Made by a program: the position numbers and the translations under genes
NCBI RefSeq assembly: GCF_036588685.1
Contig: NC_086374.1
Coordinates: 71,176,001 to 71,240,000 of the forward strand
Length of the DNA stretch: 64,000 nucleotides
Reading direction: 5' to 3'
Origin: Mytilus trossulus
Taxonomy: Eukaryota
Shown here: positions 1 through 14,363 of the stretch, piece by piece
Position numbering within the stretch: the stretch's first letter is position 1
Layout: every line of letters begins with the position of its first letter
Notes under the pieces: generated by a model
What the model saw: only the letters and a program-made list of their open reading frames with translations
Told to the model about the DNA's origin: nothing
Databases searched by the model: none

Positions 1-196
1 TTTGAAAACTACCATGGTGTAACATCAATTCGTAATTAGTAAAATCAATGACAAATTAAATATAAACAGAGTAAATATTTGACTATCTAGTAATGTTAAT
101 ACTACACTGCACTTGTTACATTTGTAAATTTGTATATAAGTGTGCATATTGTTTCTAAAAACTTGATTTCTGTACTCCATAATAATTTTTTAATGT

Positions 197-1889
197 TTAT
201 GTTATGTTATACAAAAAGGCTGCACCACTCAAGTTAGTAACTAAAAGTAAGTTTCTGCTTTGGTCAAAATGAATACCATAAGGCATTTTTATCCCATTGT
301 CTTCTCCTAACAATGGACGGGCATCCTTTCCATCTGGTGACAGTACGACGACACTGTTATTGCTATTGGATGCCACATATACATTATGATCTTTATCAAT
401 TGTGACTCCACGGATCCCTTTAAAAATTGATTTGTCTTTTAATTCCCAAACTGTCTGTCCGGTAACTGTAGAGCATATGACGGTACTTGAATGTTGGTCT
501 GTACGGTATATCTTGTCTTTTGATGATGTAACATAGTTCCAGTAATGGTCGCTATCGACTTTAACTACTGTAATGGCGGTATTTTCATCAGTAACGTCTA
601 CTGTTTTAATACCACTCCCCCTTTCATAATATACTAATCTTCCATTAATATTTGTAATGCCGTAGCACGGTTTTGATGTTTTGACCTTGTTAGTAATCTT
701 TTTATTTTCGATATTGACTATTTCTATATGATGCGGTGGCCAATTATGGGTAACAGCGACAGTCTTTTCATCAATACAAGTAACTTCTATAGGCTGCTGT
801 GATATAGGTATTTCACTATCAAATAATCCGTTCTCATTGTAGATTAGAAGACGCTTATTTCCATTATCTACGAAGACCATTTTCCCAGAAGGCATGATAG
901 TGCAGCCACTAATTCCATTTATATATTCCCCTTCTGGTATCTCAATTTTTTTCAATAAAGTAGGATTGATGTAATTTATTGTTTTTGGTGTCGTCAGAAC
1001 TACCTGTTGAGCTTGTTTGTCCCTATCCATCGTCAATTTAATGGTTGGTGTGTTTGTTATAACTGATATCTCTCCAATCCTTTTCATGGCGAGTATGTCA
1101 GACAATCTGTCATCAATTCTGCATAGTAGGTTTATTTGTTGTAAGCTTCCATTTTCTATCAAAGACTGAATAAACATCTCTTCTTTTTGGATCTCGGCCT
1201 CAACGATTTTACCTCCAAAAAATGATTGGAGGTCAGTTGCAAAACTTTTCGTAGCGGAAACATTCTCCTGTAGCTCATCTACTGATTTCTCATGATCGGA
1301 AACCATAGACAGTAGTCTTTCTATTTGTGATTGGTTTGTTCCGCTGCTTGGATATCCTGCTGTATTTCATTTTCAACCTTGTTTAGGTGCTTGTTTATTT
1401 TCTCTCGTATCTCATGTATGTCTGTCTGGAAACTTTGCCGCTGTTGCTGAATGTTCCCTAAATTCTTTGTTCTGTCTTCAACTATTTTGTTCATGTTCCT
1501 CTTCATATCTTTTAAACTTTGTTCCATAATGTCAAATGATGCTGAAGTGTTCGACGTTTTGACAATATCTTCAATTGCTGTCAAATCACATGTTTTGTGA
1601 TTTCTTGTAATACAAAGCGGACAACAGAGTTTTCATGCCGGGAACAGTAGTGCTGATATTTTCTCTCATGGTCTGAGCAGTATTGGTTTATGCTTGCAAT
1701 AGTGTGTGGTAGTTTTTGATAATTATTCATTGAAATAACTTCATGATTTCTTGAGGCTTTGGAGGCACGATGGTGTTTTTCGCATGATGAACATAACCCC
1801 TCATCGCATTCAGAACACCAGAAGATTGCCTCTCTCACTGTGTGCTGGGTTTCACACACACCACAGATTGTTTCAGTGACTGATTCCAT
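197..1889 (-). pseudogene. RING-less TRIM-like B-box/coiled-coil/NHL beta-propeller gene, copy A, frameshifted
   Basis: Three consecutive ORFs (1581-1913, 1321-1584, 197-1306) rebuild one paralog: CGVC-x10-CSEC-x4-CSSC..H B-box, coiled coil, NHL-like blades. There is a 1-bp loss in a T-run at 1630-1633 and a 4-bp loss near 1335. Restoring 5 bp gives 1698 nt, the length of copy A'. ATG at 1889 follows TTTTCAG|TTTTTA. Confidence 0.88.
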
Positions 1890-3467
1890 TAAAAACTGAA
1901 AAGCAAATTTCAAAATTCTGTAATTGAATTCAAAACTAGCTTACCATAAGAACAAACCTTTTCTATTATCATACTTAAAAAAATGTATATAAATTTTAGA
2001 TAGAGAATAGTTAAATTCGAACTGCTTCCTTCTCTTGTAAAATATACCACTTTTACCTTTATTATAATCATTAAGTTTGCTCATTTGTTAGTTTCATTTA
2101 GTGATATTTTTGTAGATAATTTTTCAATTAGAGTATGTGTATTAGTGATCCTTTCACTATTAATAGTATTTACATATCTTTAGTCTTTTTGAAAAAAATT
2201 GGCAAATTATAAAAAATAACAAATCCTGAATAAAGGGTTATCATATCAGTTGAAAAAGAGGCCGTGTTGACAAAATTGTAGATCTTTATTTGCTGATCTT
2301 TATCGCTTCAAAATTTCTATCAATCTACTTTTGGGTGGGATGGGGGAAAACAAAAGGTCGAAAAACTTAAAAAAAACTTAAATTTATTATTTATCGGAAA
2401 TTATCCTTTTAATTTTGTCGATGACAGTTGCAGTCGTGTTGTCTGATTTGAAGATCGCATTGCGCTGAACAATTTTGTCGTCTTGTCTTTTGATATATAT
2501 GTTTTATCAACAACAACAAAACGTTAAAATTGGTGAGAATCATCTTACAAGGTCCATTACTCCTCTCCGGGTTACATGATTGATTTCGAACAGGTCAACA
2601 AGGTTTTACGTTGCTACTTTTTTCGTATATTGTTGCATACCATCTTCAAATATTTTACATAAAATATTATTTAATTGATAAAATATTTCATGCAAAATAA
2701 CTCCTATAGTTACAGTTTCACTCATTTCCAATTACTTGTAGATAATGAGTTTTAACAATTTGTTGCATTAATTGTGGTTTCTGCACAAAAACTTATAAAC
2801 TTAAGTAAAAAACATTCTGAAGTACATACAAAAAGACAATTTTAGCAATGTGACTAATATTTACATCCTTTTATAATCACCATTTTTTATATGTTATTAT
2901 TAAGGATAATAACTCCTTTTAGGGTTTACTGACGCTTTTATCAGTAACATATAGACTTTCTCTACCTGTTTATCATTTCAAATCCTGTCAGGTTTTCTGT
3001 AATTGCTTTTTATTAGTTTAAATATTATGATGAAGCCTAAACCTGCATTTTATTCATAGGTTCAATTTTTAGTAACAGCAATTATGTTTGTTCAACTTCT
3101 CTTTGGGACTTTCCGGTAAAGTTTGGTAAAACTAAGCTGCAGTTTTAGAGAAGGATTTTTTTCTGTAAAATTTACTATAATGAATACAAACGACGGACAC
3201 AAAACAATGACAAAAGCTAAGATAGAGGTATTCTAACAGGAAAAGTAAAAAACATTCATTAAGGTGTCTTCAACTTTTCTGTTTTAAACACAAACTTGTC
3301 TATACATACATTTCATGGTGTTAAACACGGTCTTACTTCCTTAAAGTTTAAGAGCAACTATAATTCGTTCCGTTTTATCCATCGAACAAAGTCCCCCTAT
3401 TTATTTACCTGAAAGCAATACCATTATTTATGTACCTCAATATAAGTTATGTAAAATGTCTTTAAAC

Positions 3468-3610
3468 AATAAAAAATAAAAACACAAACATACTGAACTG
3501 CGAGGAAGATTCAAAAAGGAAAGTCCAAAATCAGAAGGCAAAATCAAAAGTCCAAACACATCAAACGAATGGATAACAATTGTCATATTCCTGACTTGGT
3601 ACAGGCATTG
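3468..3610 (-). repeat. Short interspersed repeat inserted in unit A only (related copy 38525-38722 on plus)
   Basis: The empty site in A' is tgtctttaat|caataagtga (~42770). Confidence 0.7.
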
Positions 3611-3839
3611 ATTAATAAGTGATCGAAAAATTCGGAACGTATAGCAGCCACAACAGCAAAAGCTGAAATATGTAAACAATTCTCAAATGGATTAATATAT
3701 GTGTATCAAGGTGTTTACATAGCAGGTCCCAACTGTTACAATGAATTTGAAAGTACTTTTGATTTACTCATCAATTCCGTAATAAGAGTCATTTGCTTAC
3801 ACATCGATTTGTAGATATATAAAAAATTTCAGTGATTTT

Positions 3840-4010
3840 ACCTTAAAGTATTGCTGTTATCGGGTTAAAATCTATATCAAAACTTTCCATGTCTTCTTAC
3901 GTCTTACGAGGTCAATATATCAACCCGGATGTATAAAGGCGATAAACACGTAATACAGATATAGTCTTCATACAAAACAACGCAGCATATGAACTACAAA
4001 TTGACTGCTG
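3840..4010 (-). promoter_or_regulatory. Candidate non-coding exon 1 / core promoter of copy A
   Basis: Block conserved upstream of all five genes. Minus-strand TAAG|GTAAA donor-like site (GT at 3841-3840) and ETS-like CCGGATGT at 3925-3932. Confidence 0.5.
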
Positions 4011-5816
4011 CTTTTATTTTTATATACAGCCTGTCCCTGTCGTGTGTTACACCGAACTCTCAAAATGAATCAAAAAATATGAAGACAAAGGAATATTGTA
4101 TACGTGTCCTGTCCCCTTTAATATTTGTTGTCGTGTGTTGTATTTTATTTCTGTTTTCTTTATCTATGTTTGGAGAATTTGATGTTGTTAACCTATCTTT
4201 TATTGTTTCTTTTGCAGACTCAGGACAATTTGTAGCATAAAAGAAAAACAAAGGATATTGCATATTGGATATTCATCCATGAATCAAAATTAGTATATAT
4301 GCAAATAAAAAAAAATATAAATTAAGCAAAGAAATACATGTAGCGCTTGAAGTGCTTCTCATAATCTCAAAATCACATGTCTTAATTATGTCTTTGGGGT
4401 TTGTTTATTTTGGGGTTGTTTTTTTTGTATTCTTTGTAAAAAAAAATGTATGTTACAGCTTCGTTGACTTTTCTCTAACTAAACCTTTTATCAATATTGC
4501 TATGCAATTTCACCTTCAACATTTCACAATTATCGATATGTACATATGCACAGCTTATTCTATAGTTTTCTATATTGTGTCATCTGTACTATTGTTTGTC
4601 TATTTGTCTTTTTCATATATAGCCATGCGTTGTCAGTTTATTTTCGATTAATGAGTTTGACTGTCCCTCTTGCATCTTTCGTCCCTCTTTTCTTAAACAG
4701 GGTATTATTATGATTAAGTTTTTTATTATTTATTTTTCTGTTTCTGTAAGAGCGTTAATATATTCCTCTATAACTGGTACTCCCAATTACACCCCTGAAT
4801 GCAATCAGTATGGAATATGTTTTTGTTACTTTTGAAAGTAAGGATTCCCATGTTGGACGGATTTGAACTGTTTTTATGAGAAATTAAATTTGAAAATCAC
4901 TATATTGTTATATCTTTATTATACCGAATAATTATTCTCGTTTATAATAATTTGAAAACACGAAATGACAAATATAATTATCATACTTAAGATATAATTT
5001 TTATTATCTGTGTGCTCTTAATATTTGTATAAGAAACCAAATAAATTTAAAATTGAAAGAATTTCCTTATAACACATTACAAAAGAAAAGCGCAATATAC
5101 CAATAAGATTTCAAAATTTATAAGTGGAAAGTCAGCTGACAACGCCATAGCAATAAAAACGAAAAACTTCCAAAGACCTACAATATTACTACCCTTTAAA
5201 ACGGGTAAAGTATGTTATAACGATAGAGCTGCACTAATCAACAAAATAAACAAGGCCGTATCAGATCAAAATAATCAGGTCATCTAACTTCCCTCAACCT
5301 AACAAACAAAAATTCAAAAAATCACCTAATCTAATTTATATAATAATATCTACTAAAACATCTCATGATCCTCTCAGTCGTTTTCAAAAATAGCGTCGGA
5401 CTAGAGGAAAGGTCTGATTGTCATTTTCAGCTGATGATTACCCAGGAGTGATTGTCAGTGAACATGGTGAAGCTGTAAGATGAAAAACAAAGATATTTTA
5501 TTTGATAGAGGTATAAATACATTCATTGCTATCATTGTTGTTCATGTAAAAATGTCCCAGCTTTATGACAGTGAGAGCTCCTAAGTTTATCTTTTATTCC
5601 ACATCTTAGCCAACACGTTATTACAAGACATGCTTTTACGCATTCCATTTGAGATTAATTATATAGAGGTATGATGTGGCTAATGAAAAACAAAAATGGG
5701 AAACTAAACTGAATATATTGAGTTAAATATGACGAAACAAAGGCAAAATTATAGTTTAATAATTTGCCATTATGCAAGTTTTTCAACATATATAGATAAA
5801 TATATCTAAATATACA

Positions 5817-6150
5817 TAAACATTGACTAGAGGTATAGGGAAGGGTTGAGATCTCAAAAATCATGTTTAACCCCGCCGCAATTGTCCACCTGTCATAAGG
5901 CAGGAGCCTCTGGCCTTAATTGGTCTGGTATCATTTTTAATTTTAGTTTCTTGTGTATAATTCGGAGTTTATTATGAAGTCCATTATCACTGAACTAGTG
6001 TGCATACCTGTTTAGCATGTTCAGAGGACGGCTGAAAGACGCCTCCGGGTGCGGGAGTTTCTCGCCCGTTGGTGGACTTCGGCTGTTGTATTTCTATGGT
6101 CGGGTTGTTGTCGCTTTGACACATTCCCCATTTCCATTCTCAATTTTATA
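5817..6150 (+). repeat. Short interspersed repeat ending cattccccatttccattctcaattttat (duplicate 46097-46408)
   Basis: Shares the tttaa.cccgc.gcaa..tgcacctgtc.taagtcagga core with the family above. Confidence 0.7.
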
Positions 6151-7136
6151 AACGGTCACATTATATATCTATAGATGAATCATCTTGATAAAGTATTCAA
6201 ATTTTACGAAAATCTCCTCAAAACATAAACTTTTAAGATTAGCAATTTATTAATGTCCGATGCATCATTTTCTCACAAATTGAATAGAAATCAAGTTCAG
6301 ATGTCAAACTGTTGGTAAAATGTAGAGAAATAAATCAATGCATCAGTTATTCGATTTAATACAGATTTTGATTCAAGGATGGATTCAATTTTGTTACTTT
6401 TAATTCAATAATTTTGAATGTTAGTTTTGACTACATTTTTTATGAATAAATATTAAATTAATTAATTTGGTCGAACTACATTACATGTATAAGGTAATTA
6501 AAGGTAAATTAACAAAATAAACACAGAATAAAAACGTTTTCAACGTGGATTTAAAAGCTGTCACCATAGGTGTTATCTGAATACCCATCACCTTAAACAT
6601 GTATAATTCTCAATTTTAATTATGTAGATTATCCTATGCACACTTTGAAATTTCCATAATCGTGTTGGCAAATATATCAATTTATTCATAATAAGGTTAA
6701 AAACACATATAAATAATAGAAAAACCAAAAACTATCATGTCTCATGTTTGTTCGAAACGTGATGCAACATTTCAAACTAGTTGTCAGTAAATGCGAGTAC
6801 TGTGAAATTTGTACTAAGTGTCTTTCTGGTGTGGTGCTGTAAAAGAACATGACTACGTCATCTCTTTGTTTTTTATTATTTATATACCTATTTGTATCCA
6901 TCTGATAAGTTTAGCTCTTTTCAACTGATTTTTATAGTTCGTTGGTATATATGTTGTACTTTTTTTCCACTGTCCAAGGTTTGGCAGAAAGTGGGGATTC
7001 CGGTAACATTTTAGTAAATTTGTAATTCTTTTATAATGTAAAACATTGTCCCTTTTTTACATTTATAATTTCCTTGAAATGTTTACCACACATATTTTAA
7101 ATATTATCAACAAGAAAAGTTAAAACACAAATGTCA

Positions 7137-8822
7137 TTAAATGTTATACAAAAAGGCTGTTCCACAAAGGTGGTTACTAACAAGTAGAATTTTTCTTCCT
7201 TGGTCAAAATAGACACCAACAGGCTCATCAACCCCGTCTTCTTTTCCTAACAATTCACGGGCGTGCCTTCCGTCTGGTGAAAGTCCGACGACATTGTTTC
7301 TCCCCTTAGATGCCACATACAAATTGGAATCGTTGTCAATTGCTATTCCACGAATTATTTTCAAAATTGGTTCGTTTTTTTCCCAAACCTTCTGTCCTGT
7401 GACTGTGTAGCATGTGACGGTATCTGTGACGGGGTTTGTATGGTAAATTTTGTCTTTTGCAGCTGTAACATAGTTCCAATGCTGCTTGACATCGACTTTA
7501 ACTACTGTAGTGATAGTACTTTCATGATTGACGTCTACTGTTAAAATACCACTTCCTGTTTCATAATATATTAATTTTCCATTGTTATTTGTAATGCCGT
7601 AGCAGACATTTGATGTTTTAATCCTTTTAACAATCGTTTTATTGGCGATGTTGATTATTTCTATATAATAAATCCATTCATGATGCGTTACAGCGACGGT
7701 ATTTTCATCAATACATGTAACATCTACAGGCCTACGTGCTACAGGTATTTCAAAATCAATTAATCCGTTTTCATTGTGGATTACAAGACGATTATTGTCA
7801 TTATCTACAAACACCATTTTCCCAGTAGGCATGACAGTGCAGCCCGTGATTCCACTTGTTATCCCCTCTTTTACTATCTCAAATAAAGTAGGATTGATGT
7901 CATTGATTGTTTTTGATATCGTTTGTACCATTTGTTGAGCTTGTTTGTCTCTAGTCATCGTCAAGGTGATCGTCGGTGGATTTGCTATAATTGATATCTC
8001 TCCAAACTTGATGATTGAGAGTATGTCAGATATCTTGTCATCAATTATACATTGTAATTGTATTTGTTGTAGGCTTCCATCTTCTATTAAAGACTGCATA
8101 ATCATCTCTTTTCTTTGGATCTCTGCCTCTAACATTTTACCGCCAAGAACTGTTTGAAGGTCAGTTGCAAAACTTTTCGTCGCCAAAATATTCTTCTGAA
8201 GCTCATCTAATGACTTCTCATGGTCGTAAAATGTCGAAAGAAGTCTTTCTATTTGTGATTGGACTTTCTTTTCCGCTTCTCGGATATCCTGTTGTATTTC
8301 ATTTTCAAGTTTATCTAGGTGCTTGTTTATTTTATCACGTATCTTTTGTATATCTGTCTGGAATGTCTGTCGCTGTTGTTGAATTTTCTCCATATTCAGT
8401 TTCCGGTCTTCTACTATTCTTCCTATGTTTCCCTTCATATCTTGTAAACTTTGTTCCATAATGTCAAATAATGCTGAAGTCTTCGACGTTTTGACAATAT
8501 CATCAATTGCCACCAATTCACATGTTTTGTGATTTCTTGAAATACAAAGCGGACAACAGAGTTTTTCATGCTGGGAACAGTAGAGCTGATACCTTTTCTC
8601 ATGGTCTGAGCAATATTGGGTTATACTTGTTATGGATGACGGTATTTGTCGATAATCCTTTACTGAAGTTATTTCATGATTTTTTGAGGTTTTGGAAGCT
8701 TGATGGTGCTTTTCACATGATAAGCATAATCCTTCATCGCATTCAGGACACCAGATGACGGCTTCTTTCACCACGTATTGGGTTTCACATACACCACAAA
8801 ATGTTCCACTGGCTGAAGCCAT
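7137..8822 (-). CDS. RING-less TRIM-like protein (B-box1, B-box2, coiled coil, NHL-type beta-propeller), copy B, 561 aa
   Basis: Intact ORF. The likely start is MASASGTFCGVCETQ at 8822, 6 nt after acceptor TTTTGTTTTCAG. B-box2 is CSDH..YCSQHEKLCCPLC..NH..C. NHL-like blades include IRGIAIDNDSNLYVAS and PVGVYFDQ. Confidence 0.93.
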   Translation of the reverse strand: MASASGTFCGVCETQYVVKEAVIWCPECDEGLCLSCEKHHQASKTSKNHEITSVKDYRQIPSSITSITQYCSDHEKRYQLYCSQHEKLCCPLCISRNHKTCELVAIDDIVKTSKTSALFDIMEQSLQDMKGNIGRIVEDRKLNMEKIQQQRQTFQTDIQKIRDKINKHLDKLENEIQQDIREAEKKVQSQIERLLSTFYDHEKSLDELQKNILATKSFATDLQTVLGGKMLEAEIQRKEMIMQSLIEDGSLQQIQLQCIIDDKISDILSIIKFGEISIIANPPTITLTMTRDKQAQQMVQTISKTINDINPTLFEIVKEGITSGITGCTVMPTGKMVFVDNDNNRLVIHNENGLIDFEIPVARRPVDVTCIDENTVAVTHHEWIYYIEIINIANKTIVKRIKTSNVCYGITNNNGKLIYYETGSGILTVDVNHESTITTVVKVDVKQHWNYVTAAKDKIYHTNPVTDTVTCYTVTGQKVWEKNEPILKIIRGIAIDNDSNLYVASKGRNNVVGLSPDGRHARELLGKEDGVDEPVGVYFDQGRKILLVSNHLCGTAFLYNI

Positions 8823-11393
8823 TCTAATCTGAAAACAAAAAGTGAAGTAGTAACTGACTTCCGCAATGATTTTCATTATCATTGATTACTTTATATCTCA
8901 ATATTGGACAAAAGATATTCAAACAAAATGCTCTCAATAAGATGAATTACTCACCTGTTAAAATGATTAAACTTTGTCACTATTTTCATATTCATTGCAT
9001 TAGTTATGATTTTATAATTTGTGAGTATTTTCATAGTAATTGTGTACCAATTGTCATGTTACCGCTGATATATTATGCATAACTATTATGAGATAAATAT
9101 AAATATTATACAAGAAAAAAATGATTAATTGAAAAGACACATGACCGTACCAAAATCAATTTGGGCATGTTGACTCTTTAACGTTTTTTTTTTTTACTAT
9201 CTCATGTGCTTCAAAGTATTCTCAATATACTTTTTATTTACAAAAATGCAGAAGGAAAAACCCATATTTCGGTTTATAGTTACAGCCGCGTTGGTTTATT
9301 TGTAGATGTTAATGTGCTGAACACTTTGCTATATATTGGTTCTGTCTTTGTTGTAGTCTTTGCATCAAAAAGCGTAAAAATGTACAATCCAATTACTCCT
9401 GTAAAGTATCAGCTTACAATATCGATAATGTTGAATTATAAATTGAATATTTTATGCTGAACATCTTTGTTATAAATATTTTCTCTCCATGCAACATGGT
9501 AGGTGCAAAAAGCGTAGAATATTTTTTTTCAACCATGTTTATTTGTTTTAAGAATTTTTTTCGTAAATTTTTTTTGTTTTTTTTATTTATCAGTTTTTTC
9601 TATCGATTATGAGGTATTCCAAAATTGGAATAAAAGAACATCATTCAATGGCAATAACTTCTATTAGGTTTCCATCGACTATTTCGACCATTTGCCATAA
9701 TTATATATCGCATTTTGCAGAAGATTTTGTTCTTTCTAGGGCAATAATTCCTTAAATGAGTTAATTGATGATTTCATTTATGTTGACTTATTATTGGATT
9801 TCATAGAAAATTGTTGTTACTGACAGTTTCTTTCTACCATGGTTTCTACTCAATTGGATAAAAAAAGATTATAGTTCAATTTTTATGAGGTTTTTTTTTT
9901 TTATTTTTTTTTTTTTTTTTTGCTGAATTCTTGGACAGTTTTTGAGATGTAATGAAACAGGATTTAACCAAAATATTGTAATTTAGAAAAAAAAATATGC
10001 CTGTTCATTTGTCAAATCCCCGATTCATGTTAGGACTCCCTACGAAATATTTAGGTGCAATTAGATATCTTGTAGTCTTAGAGGAGAAGTGTATTTTTTT
10101 ACGATCACAATAGACAATGAAATCGGACAATGACGACAGACACAGAATGACCGACAGCGAGTGAAGGCAAACGTTGACATGCAGGTATTCTCGTAGAAAC
10201 ACAAAAACAACAGTCATATTTTATAAAATCTATTATACATCTACTATGCCCACGTCTTAACTTTTCCAGAACATAATTGTCTGTACATTAAACAAATTTG
10301 CACGTGTAAGCATGGTCCTATTTCCTTTAAAGAGTTGATGAATGTTAAATTCATTTCGCATTTTTGTAAGTTATAAACACAATAAACCATTGAGGAAAAT
10401 CTCCCTTTTAATATTAACAAGAAAGTAATATAGTTATTTGTAGTCCTGTAAATTATCTATGATATTTGTATTTATCATATACTTAGACTAAATAACATAT
10501 GATTTTACTGCATGGTAACAGCATTTAATTAACGTAAATTCCATATTTTTCAAATTGGTGCTTAGTGGGCTGATATGGAAAGTTTATCACATGCTTCGAG
10601 TGTTATCACATGCCTTTTCGTAACGTTATCGCATGGCATTCCTGTGAAACTCGGCAAATTCCGGAAAATACACCTCAATGCTACGTTTTCACTGAAAAAC
10701 ATTACAAAGTAGTGTACAAAACAATTATTTGGATACTGGAAAGTATATTTTGTAAAATAATTAAAAAAACAAGAACAAAACAAAATCAATCAAATTATTA
10801 AATAAATGCATTTTTTAAAAGTTTCAAACATAATTTAGAAAGTCACTTCTCAAAAAAGTTGATTTTTCCAAACAGTGTTCATTATGTATATTTTTGAATT
10901 ATCTTTTTGTCGTTTCGTCAAAATTTAAATGTTTTTCTTCTCTGTTGAGGCATACGATAGAAAGATTTCATATTAAACCTATTAAAGTGGTTCGACGTCC
11001 GTGAACTTTTCACTCTTTCAACTTCTATTTGGGAATCACGTAAAAGGATCAATATATGAATCTGTAATTTTTCTCCATCGTTGAAGCATATGCGGCTCTT
11101 GTGCTGATTTTGAACCTAGGGCTGATAATACATGCGATATGAAAAATATCATGTAATAATCTGATAATATTATCTGTGTAATATATGTTATGAATGACAT
11201 AACTAATTGCGACAATCAAATGGCAGGAGAAAAAATATGTAAACAACTAGCAAAATAATAATATGTTTTTATCAAGATTTTTCAATAGCTGGTCTTGTCA
11301 ATTAATTCAAAAGTAGTACTTATGATGTACTCTGAAATTCCAAAAAAAACCTTGAGTTATTAATACTTAGATATAAAAATAATAAGTACGTTT

Positions 11394-11530
11394 ACCTTAA
11401 TATATCATACAGAAATTGATATCCATCATTTTAGGTCTTATCACATGGTCAATAAATTTATCTGAATGTTTAAAGTCCACAAACATGTGACATATACTTT
11501 GTATAAACAAAAACGCAACAAATTTACGAA
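11394..11530 (-). promoter_or_regulatory. Candidate non-coding exon 1 / promoter of copy B (duplicate at 51631-51770 for B')
   Basis: TTTACCTTAA at 11391-11400 is homologous to the A and C donor. The downstream aaaaacgcaaca motif is conserved. The ETS-like site is altered to TCTGAATGT. Confidence 0.45.
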
Positions 11531-12465
11531 AACCTACTAATGTTTTTTTATCTAGTTTTTTTTAGAAAAAGCAGCATAATATAAAGCTATGAAGATGTGG
11601 TATGATTGCCAATGAGCCCAAATGCCATAGAACTTAATTACTATATGTCAATGAATGTCCCCCAAAAATAAGCAAAACCTATTCACAACACACAAAAGTA
11701 CTATGTATAGATATAAACGTATTCCTAGTAACAGATAGCTATTTTGTGAAATTTGATAGAATCATAATTAATATCAATGAAAATTATTGTAAAAGATCGA
11801 ATTACAGTGTTGTATCGATTACCCTTACGAATAGATTTTTTTACAAACGATCAAACCGAGATCAGGTAGTATGTAATGAAGAATTAGAAACGACACTGGT
11901 ACAGGAACTTTGACATTAAAATGAAAGATAAAAGATCATAGACAGTTAGCACTAGGTATGTCTTTCCGAAGTAGTTGACATATGACTTATTTTTAATGTT
12001 TTTCTTTGATTCTTAGATCTTGTAGCGTTTCTGCAACTTTTAAAGACTCGGAACAATTTGCAGCGTGTTTAAATACAAAGGACACTGTCTGCTATTGAAG
12101 ACTGTATATAAGACAGGGAAATATATCAAACTGACTTTCAACTTCATTCGTCGAAGACAAAATGACAGTTCAATTCCATGGCAAAAGAATGAATCAATCA
12201 AAGGACAAACAACTGGAAACAAAACAAAGACAAAGCAACTAAAAAATCACAAAACCTCGAGGGTGATCTCAGTGCCTGCGGAACGGTTAAAAGACCCTTC
12301 ACCATATGCGACATCCGTCGTATTACTCCTATAAAATACGTTGATAATTATATCAAGTGTCTATAGGTCAATGTTGTGGTTGGTTGCGGTTTCATTGGGT
12401 TATACCTCATACCACCTTTTATTCCTCTTGCTTAACATCATTAATGGCCTCGGTAAATACGTAGA

Positions 12466-13215
12466 TAAGTAAGTAAGTAAGTAAGTAAGAAAGTCAATAA
12501 GTCATTCAATAAGTCAATCAATAAGTCAGTCAGTACATTGTTAGTAAGTGATGTCAATAAAACAACGAACAAAATAAATCAAAACTTTTCAAATAAAACG
12601 TTGTTTTTTTTTCTTACTTAAAGCTTGCAATAGATTTTCTCAGATGTTGACATAATAAATATTTAAACTCCTTATCTTTTGATAGTATACATAAGTGAGA
12701 AATGTTGAAGTCGTAGATAATTGTAAAATTTACAGTTTATATGGAAATGAAATTCGTTTTTCCACACAGTTATCATTTCACATCTTACTCAACCGGTCAC
12801 CTTCGCCTTCACCTACAAAACGACCAGTTTCTAACATAAGTGGAAGAATGCCACACCTGAGTTGCGCTATTATGGTTCTTTCGTTACGGTAAAGATTAAG
12901 TTCTATGTCATGTTCACAGCTGTATTCAGATTTTAAGACCCTGTATGTAAGTAGTTACGGAAAATTTCGTTAAACCTTTCTGCGAATCTGCGGAGCACCT
13001 ATTTTTAGCAATGTTTTGCACTCCAATAAGTCGCAGGTGTTTTTTGTAATATATTTTCTCTTTAATCCTATAACTGACATAATGTTTTTCACTTTAGATG
13101 ACCAATTGTTTGTATATTTTTCGTAGTCCCAATTGGAGACGAGTTTAAATACACGAATGTCGTCCATTGATACAAGTTCGGTCCAATACTTTATAATATT
13201 GCACCACCGTCGTTC
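12466..13215 (-). mobile_element. Degenerate 3' fragment of a related LINE with an (ACTT)n tail
   Basis: Minus strand reads YWTELVSMDDIRVFKLVSNWDY..NWSSKVK and ERTIIAQLRCGILPLMLETGRFVGE (12805-12885), with stops and frameshifts. (aagt)n tract at 12466-12550. Confidence 0.75.
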
Positions 13216-13511
13216 CTTTGCGATCCTTTTTGTAATTATAAGCAATTATAAGTGCAGACTTTGTTGTGTCTGGTGTATCCTTTGTGTTAAGTTCGATGCG
13301 ATAGGAAATATAACGCGATATATAAAAACACCCAATTATTTGCACTTTAATATGGACTAGCTATTCTGCTTTTGCAATTTGTTTGTAAGGATCATATTCT
13401 TGTTTTCATACCATTGTAAAATAAATAATATTAAAAAATTATAAAATGCAGCCTTCAAACTGTTCATAAAAGTAATATAACAGAATTTTAAACTTTAAGC
13501 ATTGTGCATTA

Positions 13512-13725
13512 GATAAAGACAACAGTAGTATACAGCTGTGCAAACGTCATAAATCGATTAAGTAAAAACACAACCAAACCAAAACAGAGGGAATCACATC
13601 AACTATAAGAAGAAAACAAAAGACACTGAATTGCTTCATAAACAAACGCTAACATAAATAGAAACGGACCATTTTATTACAACGGGACATTTTAAGAATA
13701 AATGGTGGATTGAACCTTGTTTTTA
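13512..13725 (-). repeat. Short interspersed repeat (related copies 17735-17920 on plus and 33955-34085 on minus)
   Basis: Shared aaaac.gagggaa.cacatcaac.ataag sequence. Confidence 0.6.
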
Positions 13726-14363
13726 TGACAACAGTACGTGACAGGAATACAGAACAAACAAACGCATGAATACTCAGGAGAAAGAAATACATACATAAAT
13801 GATATAAAAAGTTCTTTACAACATGTAATAATACAGAATAACAACGGTCACTTATCGGGACTTTGCGACAGTACATTGTCAAGACCTAAATCGCCAAATT
13901 CAGATCGTGAATTTAAACATTTTAAAGAGAAATGAAATTCAGAATCCAAATTTACCCCTTAAAATTAAATTTCTACAACGATTTTTTGTACAATTTTCTT
14001 CAACTAAACATTTAGATGAATAATAGAAATTATTTCGATTTCTAAGAGCAAATTATCGACTCGTGTGAAATGAAGCAAGGTTCATCTTTGATATAACTGC
14101 TGTTTTTCTGTCGGAAATAAGTTTTTAATGTTTCGGCACATACGTTTAATTTTTGAAACCAGTAAGGCATTGCTCGTCACGGTTTATTCCTTGAATGCCA
14201 ACATTCTTTGTTATACCGACAATTTACCTGTAAAATTGTGTTGGCGTTCAAGGAATAGGTGCAAGTAGTTATCACAACAAAAGTGCATGCTTATCAAAAC
14301 AATCATATTAATTAAACAAATAGGTAAATACAGGTAGCTAAATCTAGTTCATGTTAGTTAAGT

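Noticed and set aside
5395-5485. Faint HSP70-like peptide (FTDNHSWVII) on minus and a CTGATGA on plus
   Set aside because: Too short and frameshifted; no GAAA or stems for a hammerhead, and CTGATGA is not kept at the homologous site near 45767.
7945-8758. Plus-strand ORFs repeated at 31764-32235, 39985-40543 and 48181-48994
   Set aside because: Antisense shadows of the TRIM-like coding exon.
8823-8882. N-terminal extensions in the ORF track for B, C, B' and A
   Set aside because: They are not conserved among paralogs and run through a conserved splice acceptor, so they are likely intronic.
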